A DNA stretch of 55,575 nucleotides from Trichoplax sp. H2 (Eukaryota), in NCBI GenBank assembly GCA_003344405.1, contig NOWV01000163.1, forward strand, positions 124,001 through 179,575, written 5' to 3'. Below are positions 37,859 through 51,075 of this stretch, piece after piece. Numbering within the stretch: position 1 is the first letter of the stretch; every line of letters starts with the position of its first letter. A program made the position numbers and the translations under genes. The notes beneath the pieces were generated by a model, which was given only the letters and a program-made list of their open reading frames with translations, made no database searches and was not told the DNA's origin.

Positions 37859-38953
37859 ATGATGAATAGAACTGTTGCTCCGCTAAATGGCTTTGGAAAT
37901 GATTCCTTAACCGTAATTAATCTATCAACCGATGATGCATTAATCGTAAGTGTATCTTATTTAGTTTTCGCAGTGATCGGTACAATATGCAACTTATTAA
38001 CGTTAATGTTAATTCCAAGATTAAAAAATTTACATAATGACATTCATTGGCTATTTCTAAATTTATCAGTCATTGATTTAACCTGTACAATCCCGTTATT
38101 GGTTTGGATTTCATGGTCACTTAAATCACAAGATAACGTTCCTTTTATGGATTCATTATGCAATATCATTAGCTTTATTACTATGATGAGCTTCTCTGCT
38201 ACATTATTTACCCTAGCAGTGGCCTCAATTGAGGGCTTAACTTCATTTCTGGTTGTTTATTACGTACAAATGAACACGAAAAGATTTTCTACACGATTAA
38301 CCAATATCGCTATTTGGATTATGGCAATATTAATTTCGTTACCCAATTTTGTTATGCATCGTCATCCATCTAGCTCGTTACAGCATTGTCTACTTTTACC
38401 ATTTGGTAATCTTGTTAGTCCACTTGACCGAATTTACTTTGTTGTTTCGATTGTTTCACTCTATACTGTTTTATTAATTACAACCTTGTATTGCTACAGT
38501 AAGGCTTTCATTATTATGCGTACTAGGATAAGATCTGCGGAACGGACACAATCTTTAGGAATTATTGACTCTCGACGAAGATCAAAGCAAAGCCATATCT
38601 TTGCTTTATTTACGTTAACGATGTTCTTTATCTTAACTACAGCTCCCTGGATGATTCTCATTAGCTATCTTACTTTTACTAATTTAACCATGCAGGTAAT
38701 TAATAATCATTTCTCAGTTCATGATTGGATATTAGCACATCTCTTCCGACTTTTATATATATCAACTTGTTCTGGCATTCCAATTATGTATAGCTTGGTT
38801 AATCCTCTCTTAAAGAGATCATTTTTAACATGTATGGGTAGCAATTGCTGTTGCTGCTGTGAAAGTGAAATTCATAAAGACAATGCACTAGACAATCTGT
38901 TTGAAGAATTACCGCTAACACAGAAAGAGGAAGAAATAAGTGGAGTAGAATAA
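37859..38953 (+). CDS. Divergent class A GPCR, cluster gene 6 (EGL for DRY, IPIMY for NPxxY, poly-Cys tail)
   Basis: 7 TM segments, GTICN, NLSVIDL, TM3 and ECL2 Cys, TM4 Trp and YCY at the end of TM5. N-glycosylation sequons NRT, NDS and NLS in the N-terminus. Confidence 0.92.
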   Translation: MMNRTVAPLNGFGNDSLTVINLSTDDALIVSVSYLVFAVIGTICNLLTLMLIPRLKNLHNDIHWLFLNLSVIDLTCTIPLLVWISWSLKSQDNVPFMDSLCNIISFITMMSFSATLFTLAVASIEGLTSFLVVYYVQMNTKRFSTRLTNIAIWIMAILISLPNFVMHRHPSSSLQHCLLLPFGNLVSPLDRIYFVVSIVSLYTVLLITTLYCYSKAFIIMRTRIRSAERTQSLGIIDSRRRSKQSHIFALFTLTMFFILTTAPWMILISYLTFTNLTMQVINNHFSVHDWILAHLFRLLYISTCSGIPIMYSLVNPLLKRSFLTCMGSNCCCCCESEIHKDNALDNLFEELPLTQKEEEISGVE

Positions 38954-39381
38954 TGCACGATTTATCTTTGACTCGCTTAGCAGAATTCATCATGCTACCA
39001 AGACCAATTTAGCGATCAATTTCTACTTTCATTTCCAGCCGTTACGGATACCGTTGTTAAATTTAAAATTCGAAGAATAGTGCGGATATTTTTAGTTACT
39101 ATGATTTCTATTTACTTGAATTCGAAATTATCTTAAAATTCCTTGTGAACGTTCATTTATTCTGTTTTGAATGTGTAAATCTGAGTATAATCTATTACCC
39201 TTTCTTCTAGCTATTGCTGTATAAGTATACACGTATGTCCGGCAAAATGTCATACATAACTGATTTAAATTCACTATTAGGGAGGAAGCAATCTCTAAAT
39301 ATTCCAACAATAGCATTATCTACCATGTCAGAAGACCTCAATGAAATTAATGACCAGTTAATGCCGTACTAGTTTAGCTAT

Positions 39382-39920
39382 TGAAATGTAACTTAGTATT
39401 GTGATTGTAGACTGTTAGCCTTGTTTAGTATAATGTACGGTAGATACTTATCCTAAGAGATATTTGCCAGTCATAACTATAGACTGTAGTGGTATAGACT
39501 CTATGCTAGAGTACACATGACTATATACAGTAAGGTGTTGAGTTACTAATAAGGTTATAGGTAAAAATAGAACTGTAAATCATATATTAGGATATGGTTA
39601 ATTCATTGCACCTTGGCTGGTTTGAATAATGTCTACTTAAATACTGTAGTCGTATTCATATCAGATTAATGATAGTCCGCAGTAGAATAGTGTTACTAAG
39701 AATAATTTAACTATGTGTAAAATAAGGTAAAAGGTTGTCATGCGGATTGTAGCTGGGAATGCTACGAAAAGTATAAAAGCATGCAACTTTAGATTATTCA
39801 GTTAGTTCGTTGTAGAAGTCTTTAGTAGTAGTATTCGGCTAGAGTAGAACTGTGTGTAGTAAATCTTTGCATAAAATTCAATAAAGCCTTTATTTTTCTA
39901 AAATTTGGATCTTTCATCAC
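39382..39920 (+). mobile_element. Solo LTR-like element, family B, damaged 3' end
   Basis: Almost identical to 45984-46534 until ~39909. No TSD found; end approximate. Confidence 0.87.
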
Positions 39921-41308
39921 GCCCTTGAAATATTATTATTTATTTCGTTGAAATAGACGTATTTAGTTTAGACATTTTCTATTGGTATAAATTGAAATGT
40001 TAGAAGATAAGTTTAATTGATTTAAGTTAAAGTTAGGCGTGATGTCAAAAGATTTCAAAATATTTGATATGAAGCATTCCCTGTAATGATTAGCTATAAA
40101 AGAATTTCATTTCTTAAATAAGTCGGATCTTTGGCCAGTGGCTAGATAAAAGTGATCATTACACAGATGATATTTAAATAGGTTACTAGTAGCATTTTAG
40201 TTGAGGCATTACAAGATAGTTAGCAATATCTTTTGCAAATTATTGAACAATATAGCCAAAAATATTTGTTGTTGCTTAATCTTTCATTATTTAACCAACC
40301 GAAACCGTAAGATTTTGTTGTATTAGCATAAGGTTATTGTATTTTGCCGTATTTTGCGGAGAGAATATACTTTCGTTAAGTAGCTCCCATATCGCCAAAG
40401 TACCATAAAAGCTAAAGCATGTACTGAATAAGCATGTAGAGATAGTTTAGTGCATAAATCTTGGTCTGTAGTTCATCTTTTAAGATATTTCAGATAAAAA
40501 TTTGCAAGACTACATTTTTAAAAATTCTGTTAAAGTTATTATAAATGCAATTTATGTTTTCTTGATACTTTAGAACGCATAGCTCATATCTACTGCATTG
40601 CTCAGTGATAATATTGTAGGTTAGTTCTAGAGATTCAAATAGATGTAAAGTTGCGCTATCACAGTAAAACTAATCAAGAAATTTCATTTTATTATTCTGT
40701 TCTTTTTATTCGCGTTGCTCGTGTTCAATAACTCATATAAATATTGTAACTCGGCAAAAGATCCATTAAAGTACGTTACAGAACTTTAGTTCATAATTTC
40801 TAGTCAAGTATATCAATTTTTGACCACATACAAAATATAAATTAATATTAACGATAATTTCTAATGAACAAAACAAATATTTATGAGTATAGTTCGGCTG
40901 AAGATGTGAATTTTTTAAATTATCGCTTGATTATGGAAAATTTCTAATACAGAATATTTAATGCGTATGAGTAAAGTTAATTAATTGTCTTCAAGGTCTG
41001 CTTAATAGATTTTAATAAAAATAAATTTTAAAACTGTCAAATTTAAAGACATATTTGTTCAAAACAGTACGGAAGACGAATTTATACCGAAATGATAAGT
41101 TGATGAAGTAATATAATATTTCTACGAACCTCTTCATCAGAGAATAGAAATAAAGTATAACCTACCTCAGTTTAAGATCAGTTTACGTAATCGATAAATT
41201 ATGATTACTTATTAATAGATGCTGACATTATTGCTTAACAGTTAACTAAAAGTTTACGAAATAGTGTGTAAGCTAGGGAACTTTTACGCAAATTATCGAT
41301 TTTACTTT

Positions 41309-42356
41309 ATTGCGTATACTTTATACTTTATACCGGACAGGAATGATCTGCAAGCATCTCGTTTGAAATAGGATATAAATCTAAGGAGCTTTGATATTTA
41401 GTAGGAAGTAGTAAATTAGTAATTATCCTATTTACGGTTTCCGATAGCAGTCATTATTTCTCTTCATGTTAAAAATAATTCATCGATTACAAATGCCATA
41501 TTTTTAAATATTATTGCAGTAAAAGTAGGAGAAAGTTACAGGGAACTATTAATTACAAGTTCATTACAATGTCTGCTATCTTTAGGACAAAAGATAGCGC
41601 TTGTATTTTCTCTTTGATGGCCATGTTTTGATGTAGCTTCAGTTCCAACATCAACAGATAAACGATATTTTCATAAACATAGACAGTAAATAAATATTTT
41701 AATAGCCTAAGATCTAATAAACAAATTAATTATTTGCAAAATGGCATAACAACATTAATCGATTGCGAGAAGTATATGTCAAATATCTGTATTTGGTTAC
41801 TTTTCTATCTCTCCACTATCGCCAATTTACGGTTAATAATTAATTAAATAAAAAAGTGTATACTTGCTAAAAAGCGGGGATTGCATTAAAATGGCATTGA
41901 ACACTTTAATTAATTTTTTTTTAAATCTGCTGAACTATTAAAAAAGCGATGCTTTTTCTTGAAATAAACTATTTGATCTGCTTCTTCTTAAACTTAAATT
42001 GAATAGTCTCTATGTAGCTGTTACGTAATTCATCAATACGAAATCTTTTTCTAGGTACATCGACCATGCTTTACATGTTTGTTTGAATAACTGGTTACAT
42101 TTATGAAAATATTCAATCTATCAATATTAACCTGGCTGCTCATCAAATTAATTGCCTGTATCAAAAGCAGATGAATTTATAGTCCTCTTATTTATGTAGA
42201 GTAGTAAAAGTTCCTGTGAAATTTGATATTAACAACTTAGAAGATATAATGTAAAAATTTAGTCACCAGTAGGCCACAAATATGCATTTAAAATATTAAT
42301 TTAAGTTGAAAATGAGACATTAGTTAGGATAACGATAGAAATCTGCTGTTAGTTCT
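41309..42356 (+). repeat. ~1.05-kb segment repeated at 42821-43870 (probable allelic copy, empty-site version)
   Basis: Colinear, about 30 differences; ends exactly at gap 42357-42376. Confidence 0.9.
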
Positions 42357-42376
42357 NNNNNNNNNNNNNNNNNNNN

Positions 42377-42820
42377 GATATACTGCATTTATATACTACT
42401 CCTCAATAGTTCATGAGTCATAGTTAATACAATTAACATTAGAATCATTTACTGAATTAGATATTAATTTTAGCTACTGCTCCCTTAATGTAGACAACAG
42501 TATTTACGAATATAGACATGTAATGACTAATACAGAATAGTCAGATTACGATATGTCCTATCACGGAGCATTTCCATGATAATTTACGGTCTACCATAAG
42601 TAAATTACAATCACAATGATTCGAATTGTAAGTAGATGATTTGCATTCCCTATTATAACTATTAATTTCAGTATGTGTATAAGTGTCACTGTGATAAAAA
42701 GTCAGTGCTATATTAAAACACAGTATATCCAAATTAGAAGTTAACTAAAATAAGGATAGTCTAACAGAATTATCCTAACATAGATATTTCTACTGTAATA
42801 CAGTATTTAACACTGTAACA
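42377..42820 (-). mobile_element. LTR-like element, family C, cut by the gap
   Basis: Reverse complement of 55110 onward. Its terminus ...CACTGTAACA abuts ATTGC, exactly where the duplicated flank begins. Confidence 0.82.
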
Positions 42821-43870
42821 ATTGCGTATACTTTATACTTTATATCGGACAAGAATGATCCGCAAGCATCTAGTTTGAAATAGAATATAAATCAAAAGAG
42901 CTTTGATATTTAGTAGGAAGTAGTAAGTTAGTAATTATCCTATTTACGGTTTCCGATAGCAGTCATTATTTCTCTTCATGTTAAAAATAATTCATCGATT
43001 ACAAGTGCCATATTTTTAAATATTATTGCAGTAAAAGTAGGAGAAAGTTACAGGGAACTATTAATTACAGTTCATTACAATGTCTGCTATCTTTAGGATA
43101 AAAGATAGCGCTTGTATTTTCTCTTTGATTGCCATGTTTTGATGTAGCATCGATTCCAACATCAACAGATAAACGATATTTTCATAAAGATAGACAGTAA
43201 ATAAATATTTTAATAGCCTGAGATCTAATAAACAAATTAATTATTTGTAAAATGGCATAACAACATTAATCGATTGCGAGAAGTATATGTCAAATATCTG
43301 TATTTGGTTACTTTTCTATCTCTCCACTATCGCCAATTTTACGGTTAATAATTAATTAAATAAAATAGTGTATACTTACTAAAAAGCGGGGATTGAATTA
43401 AAATGGCATTGAACACTTTAATTAAATTTTTTTTTTAAATCTGCTGAACTATTAAAAAAGTAGTGCTTTTTCTTGAAATAAACCATTTGATCTGCTTCTT
43501 CTTAAACTTAAATTGAATAGTCTCTATGTAGCTATTACGTAATTCATCAATACGAAATCTTTTTCTAGGTGCATCGACCATGCTTTACATGTTTGTTTGA
43601 ATAACTGGTTACATTTATGAAAATATTCAATCTATCAATATTAACCTGGCTGCTCATCAAATTAATTGCCTGTATCAAAAGCAGATGAATTTATAGTCCT
43701 CTTATTTATGTAGAGTAGTAAAAGTTCCTGTGGAATTTGATATTAACAACTTAGAAGATATAGTGTAGAAATTTAGTCACCAGTAGGCCACAAATATGCA
43801 TTTAAAATATTAATTTAAGTTGAAAATGAGACATTAGTTAGGATAACGATAGAAATCTGCTGTTAGTTCT
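42821..43870 (+). repeat. Second copy of 41309-42356 (filled-site version)
   Basis: Direct alignment to 41309-42356. Confidence 0.9.
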
Positions 43871-45114
43871 GACTTTTTTATTTATAATGAGCATTTATAG
43901 GCCTCCAGTTAGTATTAATTGCGTTTGTAATTTGATAAATGATTATTATATTATAATTTGTAATTTCGGGCGATTCCAGAGTTGCATCTATTCAGAGAAA
44001 TGTTTAATTTGGACCCAGGAGATAGATGTAAATCAAAGTAGTGTCACTTTATTAAAATAGCTCTTAATTAAGATATGTTGATCATGTATTTTTAAAGGTC
44101 TATAAATATCGTACATATTCGTAATTACTCTTTGTCAATTTCAATATCCTCACTGCTATCACATTTGGTTCATAGTCTATTGATCTTACGGTCTTAAACC
44201 GACTTAGATTCCTGTATTAGTAAAGCGGTATTATTGTAATAATACATTTGGGCACAGTCTATCAGCTGTTAGTCTCGGCTGGCAATACTTGGTATAAGAT
44301 TGAATACTTTACATCACCGTACCATCGTCAGCCATGGCCTTTTAGCTTATCTTATTCCATGCAAACCGTCTCACTGTTATGGAACAAATTTTTAATCTAA
44401 GATGGATAATAGGGATACAAACTGTACTTTAAATTGATTATTTGTTAACTAGAGATTTACTTACGTAGTTTTATCGACATAGTCAGCCATGAAATTGAAT
44501 TTCTATTGCTACTAAACAAAATTTAACTGGGTTAGTTATTAACAAATTTTTATGGAATGCTACTCCAATTTCAAATGTAACAATCATTGGAAAGTTTCGA
44601 AGACCAGCTATTGAAATAAGAGCCCTTGCTTATGAGTTTCTAAATTGCTAACAAGATCAAATGTCTGAGTAACAATAGACTAATAATTTTCTATTGCTTT
44701 TAAACTACTACGCGTCCATTTTCCTGGAAGAATTAACTATATTAGTATTGTTAAAAAGATAGTAATTTGTACCTTTTAATAAAACACAGGTATAAAAATA
44801 TATTATTCGCTCAGAAAAATACTGAACTCATAGATTGAAAAAATGTTGATACGATTATATCAAGTCGCTTATAAGTTAAGTTATTAAGTGTGCATTTCTT
44901 GTCACAGTATCACTATTATAGTAAGTTTAATCCTGTATCATCTTCCTGAAAATATTCACATTCGATTGTAATATACCGGTTTTTAATATAACATTAATTT
45001 CCATTGATGATATTTTGATAATGCTTTTGAGACATGTTAATTTTAGTTTTATTATTAAAATTTTCAACTTAAACTTATGATTTTCATAATAAGTAAGTTA
45101 TTAGTGTATCCTTA

Positions 45115-45315
45115 TGTCACAAACCAGCTTCGTGACAAGGATAACGTAAAACTAATCTCTAAATTACTATAGTCTCTGGGATTCAGTATCCCTATTCACA
45201 AGAATTTAGACGCCTTTGATTCTACGTTAAAACAACTATACAATTGAGAACTGCTTTATTCAACTATCTGACGGGCTTATATACCCTTCTACAGCAGCTA
45301 ACATTCACAAGTCAT
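45115..45315 (-). mobile_element. Family A LTR, reverse orientation, truncated by gap 45316-45335
   Basis: TGTCACAAACCAGCTTCGTGACA is the reverse complement of the family A 3' end; inserted after CCTTA. Confidence 0.88.
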
Positions 45316-45335
45316 NNNNNNNNNNNNNNNNNNNN

Positions 45336-45519
45336 ATCCTGTATCATCTTCCTGAAAATATTCACATTCAATTGTAATATACCGGTTTTAATATAACATT
45401 AATTTCCATTGATGACATTTTGATAATGCTTTTGAGATATGTTAATTTTAGTTTTATTATTAAAATTTTCAACTTAAACTTGTGATTTTCATAATAAGTA
45501 AGTTATTAGTGTATCCTTA
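45336..45519 (+). repeat. Second copy of 44930-45114 continuing without the LTR (empty-site version)
   Basis: About 5 differences in 185 bp; ...GTATCCTTA|GCACA here versus ...GTATCCTTA|TGTCAC in the first copy. Confidence 0.88.
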
Positions 45520-45983
45520 GCACATTGTGTTAAGTAGTTCCTTTGTTACCGTAGACTAGACCATTTCGTAGTAGGCGTAGAACTGATGTAACGCCTTATT
45601 ATAATATGTTATCTTTAAAGAAAAGGTAGAATGTTCGGAAATATAAAATAAAGTATTCGGAACCGTGATCAAATTTGTAAATAAAATACTACCGGTTAAA
45701 AGATAATAGTATTAATTTAATTAATTAATAGATTCTCTGATATCCTGATGGAGGGAATTGACTCTAAGATCCACACTGCTTCTTTCTAAAGAAAATTTAT
45801 TAAAAGCCCCCATAATGATCACATCGCGTTAATTAACTTTGTAAATAGAATGGTAATTAAATTAACCAATTATGGTAACTTTATCCTATAGAAAAATTTA
45901 AGATCCATAGGCACAAAACAAGATGTTGAAAAGATTGGTAGCTATTATACTTAATTTTTAATGAAATTCCTGTCCTTGATAAT

Positions 45984-46534
45984 TGTAATGTAACTAGTAT
46001 TGTGATTGTAGACTGTTAGCCATGTTTAGTATAATGTACGGTAGATACTTATCCTAAGAGATATTTGCCAGTCATAACTATAGACTGTAGTGGTATAGAC
46101 TCTATGCTAGAGTACACATGACTATATACAGTAAGGTGTTGAGTTACTAATAAGGTTATAGGTAAAAATAGAACTGTAAATCATATATTAGGATATGGTT
46201 AATTCATTGCACCTTGGCTGGTTTGAATAATGTCTACTTAAATACTGTAGTCGTATTCATATCAGATTAATGATAGTCCGCAGTAGAATAGTGTTACTAA
46301 GAATAATTTAACTATGTGTAAAATAAGGTAAAAGGTTGTCATGCGGATTGTAGCTGGGAATGCTACGAAAAGTATAAAAGCATGCAACTTTAGATTATTC
46401 AGTTAGTTCGTTGTAGAAGTCTTTAGTAGTAGTATTCGGCTAGAGTAGAACTGTGTGTAGTAAATCTTTGCATAAAATTCAATAAAGCCTTTATTTTTCT
46501 AAAATTTGGAATTTCATGATCGATATATATCACA
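45984..46534 (+). mobile_element. Solo LTR-like element, family B, complete
   Basis: TGTAAT...ATCACA ends; perfect TSD ATAAT; internal TATAAAA followed by AATAAA. Confidence 0.92.
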
Positions 46535-49500
46535 ATAATAAATAATAATTAATTAAATTAAGGTATTACTAATATTAGATCTTGATATTGAATTCAATAT
46601 AAAATGTTTATTATCTCAGCTACATTATACGATTATTTTTTTAAAATTTACTTATTTATTCTATAATAATTTATAATAAATTCATGATATCTACAACGTG
46701 ATTTCTATGTTATACTTGTAAGTAAAAGAGGAGCACCTTGAATTTTTCATTAATTTTGTATCGATAATAATATACAGCATATTTATTACCATATAATGAA
46801 ACAATGAATGAAAAGTTTATTCTATATATATATATGTGTATATGACTACCTTTACATTTTAGCTACTTTAAAGATCAGTCAATTCTAGATTTCAGGACTT
46901 CAGTACCCGAATTTCATTGTTCATCGCTCGCTATAGCATCTTTTATCAGGTACAGCTATATGTGCATACAAGAATCTGATATTTACTCAGCAAAAAGCAT
47001 ATTAAAAGTATTATACTTACGGCAAATATGTCTTCACCAATTAAATTGGTTCGTCAAATAAATGAGTTTATCATATGTTATTAATAAAATAAGCATTAGA
47101 TAAATAGTTATGCTTGAAATATCTCTTGTTTGATGTTTTTCATGTGTGCCTTTAATCATAGACTGCATATTGATTTGAATATAAATGGTTTTTAAAGAAG
47201 TATTTATTAATTAAGTTACAACTCTATGATTAAAGTGGACGGTGCTAACTGATGCATTCTCATTGCAAGTGCAGTCTTGGTATATTTTTAGTCGTTTATG
47301 AAGAGTTAGCGAAACGTTACAATCAATAAAGCATATTACTAGATAAATTAGAAATAGAAAAAGATAAAACGTTATTACATCTGCAAAATGGCCGCATATT
47401 TGATTAACATCAATACAAATAGATATTTAATATAGAAAATTGTAATTCAGACTTTATTGTATGACTACACTTAAAATGCTGAAACATTTAAAAAGCTGAC
47501 AGGAATGCATTCTCTGTGTATGTCATAAACAAATGTTGTAACAAGAATTGAACTACTGATAAGATAAATACCGAATTAAAATCACAGCCAAGACAAGACT
47601 GGTATGTTTTATCAATCTTTTGTTATATGAAAAGACTCTAGTTACAAAAGAAATATTGCCTACCAGAACAAGCTTTTGTATTTATTTCTTTTTCCAACTC
47701 AGAGTTTATAATACTAGTAAACAAATACAAACGTTTCTCTATTTTTTCTAATATTTTCTAATTCTCTTGTCTAAAACAATGCTTCGTTGTCGTAGCATTG
47801 CGTACGTTGTTAAAACTACGCTATCCAAACATGATAATGATAGCTTCATTAACTTTTGCAACAATAAGTTACTTAATCAACTTCATATACGATTTCTAAG
47901 TAGAATATTCTACGTTAGGACGAATATACTTCAGTACATATCGATTAATAAATTATAGGATTTATGTTTGACGATATTGATAGTTCTATAAAAGTACAAG
48001 GCAATGGCATCTAGACCGGTTATCAGAATTTGGGCTTTAATTTAAAGTTTAGATTAAATAAGCTTGAAATATTAATACAATGCCTCTACGTTGTGAGAAG
48101 GAAAAGAATAACTCAATTGCATCTGTAGATCAGGTATTTAATTTCGGTTCTCTCTTTTGTATTAAAACATATTTTCTCATCATATTCTATGATTACGTCG
48201 ACTTTTCATTACTAATTCGAGCGTTATATGATTTAAGTATTGATATATCAAAAAATCTGAAACCTGTAAATAGATGATAACGTTACTGAATAATTTAAGA
48301 AGAGATTAATCAAAAAATCAGATTAGACGTCTCAATTCTCCCGATTTCATCTCTATATGCCTTTTACCTGTCTACAAATTAGATTCCTATTTTACTTTCT
48401 ACCTCCTTTGTACTCTTTATTTATAACTAAATGAAAATATAAGACTAACTTTATTCTTCGATGAATTCGAAAACCGAAGGAATTTCTAAACTGTCTGCAC
48501 GTTTCTTACTTCCGAATTTTCCGGTTATTGATAAACTTGAATTGTTGTGTAGCACTTGATAGAATTATCGAATAAATATCGATGAATTAATTAGCAGACA
48601 AAGGCCTGAATTTTATTATATTACTTGGTAGAAATAGTATGTAATGCAAGACTTCGACTATTATAAAAAATGACTTAGTTTTGCTTAAAATTGATAGGAT
48701 AATCCTATCTATGCAACAACGACTAAATTGAATAAAAATTTTAGTTCACTAACTAATATAACGAATCAGTACTGCATTGTTTATCCAAAAATTATAATCT
48801 TTTTTTGAGTTTTTTAAACTAAGGCTAATGAAAAATGAACAGGGCATAGAAGATTAGCATAGTAACTTATTTTAAATTTTAAGTTTTATAATAATTTGGC
48901 TCCTAATTAAGTGATTTTTTTTGATTAAATTACCATATATTGAAATATCATGTTATTGGACAATTACAAATTAAAAATTAATTTTCTGTATACCATGTAA
49001 TTTACGTAGTGGTGACCTTGTTCGAAAACTACTTAGGCCATTTTCTTTACTGGTGAGTACCATTACACGATAGTGGTAACATACTAATAAACCTATGAGC
49101 TACTAAAAGCTTTGATGCACCAGTATTTACAATGTCGAATGACTGATATACCGTAAATTTATCGATACATGAAAAGCTTATTGCTGTAAAATATATTTAT
49201 CATTTCATATGGTAAGAAAATCTGGTTCATATAGAGGAAACTATTAGCATCTAACCCTCTAAGCCGCGGGGTACTTATAAAGTATTAAATATAATGTTGC
49301 TATGGCTAAATCAGCCGTGACTATTACTGGAACAATTTGCACCTTAGGGTGACGTCAGCTAATTTATTACTAAAAGGAAGTATTTCATCGAATATTTTCC
49401 CTTCTGAATCAGGTTTATATTTAAACTGAAGTAACTAAGGATTTCTCATTTTTAGTTAGTATTCAAAAACTTTGCATTTAATTATATTTATTAGCCATCA

Positions 49501-51075
49501 GATAATGTTTTGATTACAATTATCTTCATCTGGCTGTACATTATTGATCAAAACAATTAATAAACTAATTTGTTATAATATTTTTTAGCTGACTGATGGC
49601 TTGAAATTTAATTTAATTTGAAGTCTATTTAAATTAATCAATTGAATTAATTTTTATACAAATCAGTTTCATTTGATTTCTATTTTTCGATTCATGCTCA
49701 CAATTAATTTAGATTTTTATATGCAGTAGGCCAAATAGAGACTGAATTTTTTTGATTATCACTTAGGCATCTTAATATTTGGTAGAAATTTTAACGTCAT
49801 CACTTTTTTGTATCATTCAATTTTAAGATCTACAAGCCTTCTTTATTTTACGTTCAGCGATGAGTAATTCTAGTTGTCCAAAATTAAGAATGAATGCCCA
49901 ATAATTTTATAACAACTGCGAAATACTGATAATTAATGAACTAAACTATCAAGTGCAAGTGATGAAGAATAGATATCTGTATTTAATTTAATTTGGTTGA
50001 AGAGAACATGCGGCCTATAAAAATTATTAGTTTTGATTTTATTGGAATGTGACGTTTCAAAGTCAAGCGGTATGACAAATTGAGTTGACAATGACAATTG
50101 GCAGCTTCATTGGTGTCTATTCAAAATTTTATCCGTAGAAATAGTGCAATTTCATCTTAAATTTAGTTTATGTTCAGTTAGAATTCAGGAAATGTCGATT
50201 AATTTAGTTACCGTTTACAAGCTATCTTACTGAAACTTGTTTATTTCCTTCATTTTTTATAAAGAATATTTAGTTGGATCTCATCTATTAAGAACTTGAA
50301 TAAAAAAATTGGTAAGAGGATGCAAAATGATACTAATTAAAGCAATAAACTATTGACTAGAAATGATTTGATTTGTTAAATACTGCACCAAATTGTCATA
50401 TGAATCTGTGCTAGCGTTTGCATCTGTTCGTTATCTCTTTGACTTCATTAACACCTGACATTAATTATTTCGATTATAATGGTCTGTGAATCGAATATAC
50501 AAAATGTTAATCTTGCTTGATATAATTAGTATAATAATTTAAAAATAATAAGTATTGCGTAGAGGCAAAAAATAAAATACTTGTTTTAACTAAATTTAAA
50601 ACTACAAATTTGAAATAAACAGAGGTATAACAACAACTTTATGACAATAAAACTGTATGAATAGATTTTCATTTTTGATGTGGTAATGATTAATTAATTT
50701 CAAAATAGAGCAAAAAATTTAATTCGGGCCTTAGCTCCTTTCTTTGATCAATACCATAATTAACATGTTCTTAGATAGCTAATGTACTTTCTTTATTTCT
50801 TAAATTAGGATTGATGCGATTTTAATAGCCGATATTTTGAAAGATATTCGAAAGCTAGAAAATTCGATGCTGAATCAAGATTAAAGAGCCAGTTTATTAA
50901 GTTTTCGCTACAAAAGTTATTCAAGTGAAACTCATGTACATATATTTCTAAAATTTTTGCATCTCTTAAAACAGTTATTCACTAATTCAAGATCCAACAT
51001 TCTCTTCCAAAATCTGTAATTCATATCTGCTTGTTTTTGCATCCAAGTTTAATTATTGAAGTTTTTGTGTCGAAG

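Noticed and set aside
41309-43870. True 1-kb tandem duplication
   Set aside because: It ends exactly at a 20-N gap and shows the same filled/empty pattern as the other two gaps, so uncollapsed alleles are the simpler explanation.
39382-46534. Full-length LTR retrotransposon bounded by the two family B copies
   Set aside because: No shared outer TSD, no gag/pol, and the right LTR has its own TSD.
46585-46600. 16-bp palindrome ATATTGAATTCAATAT (also a small hairpin at 14213-14237)
   Set aside because: Plausible by chance in 55 kb of AT-rich DNA.
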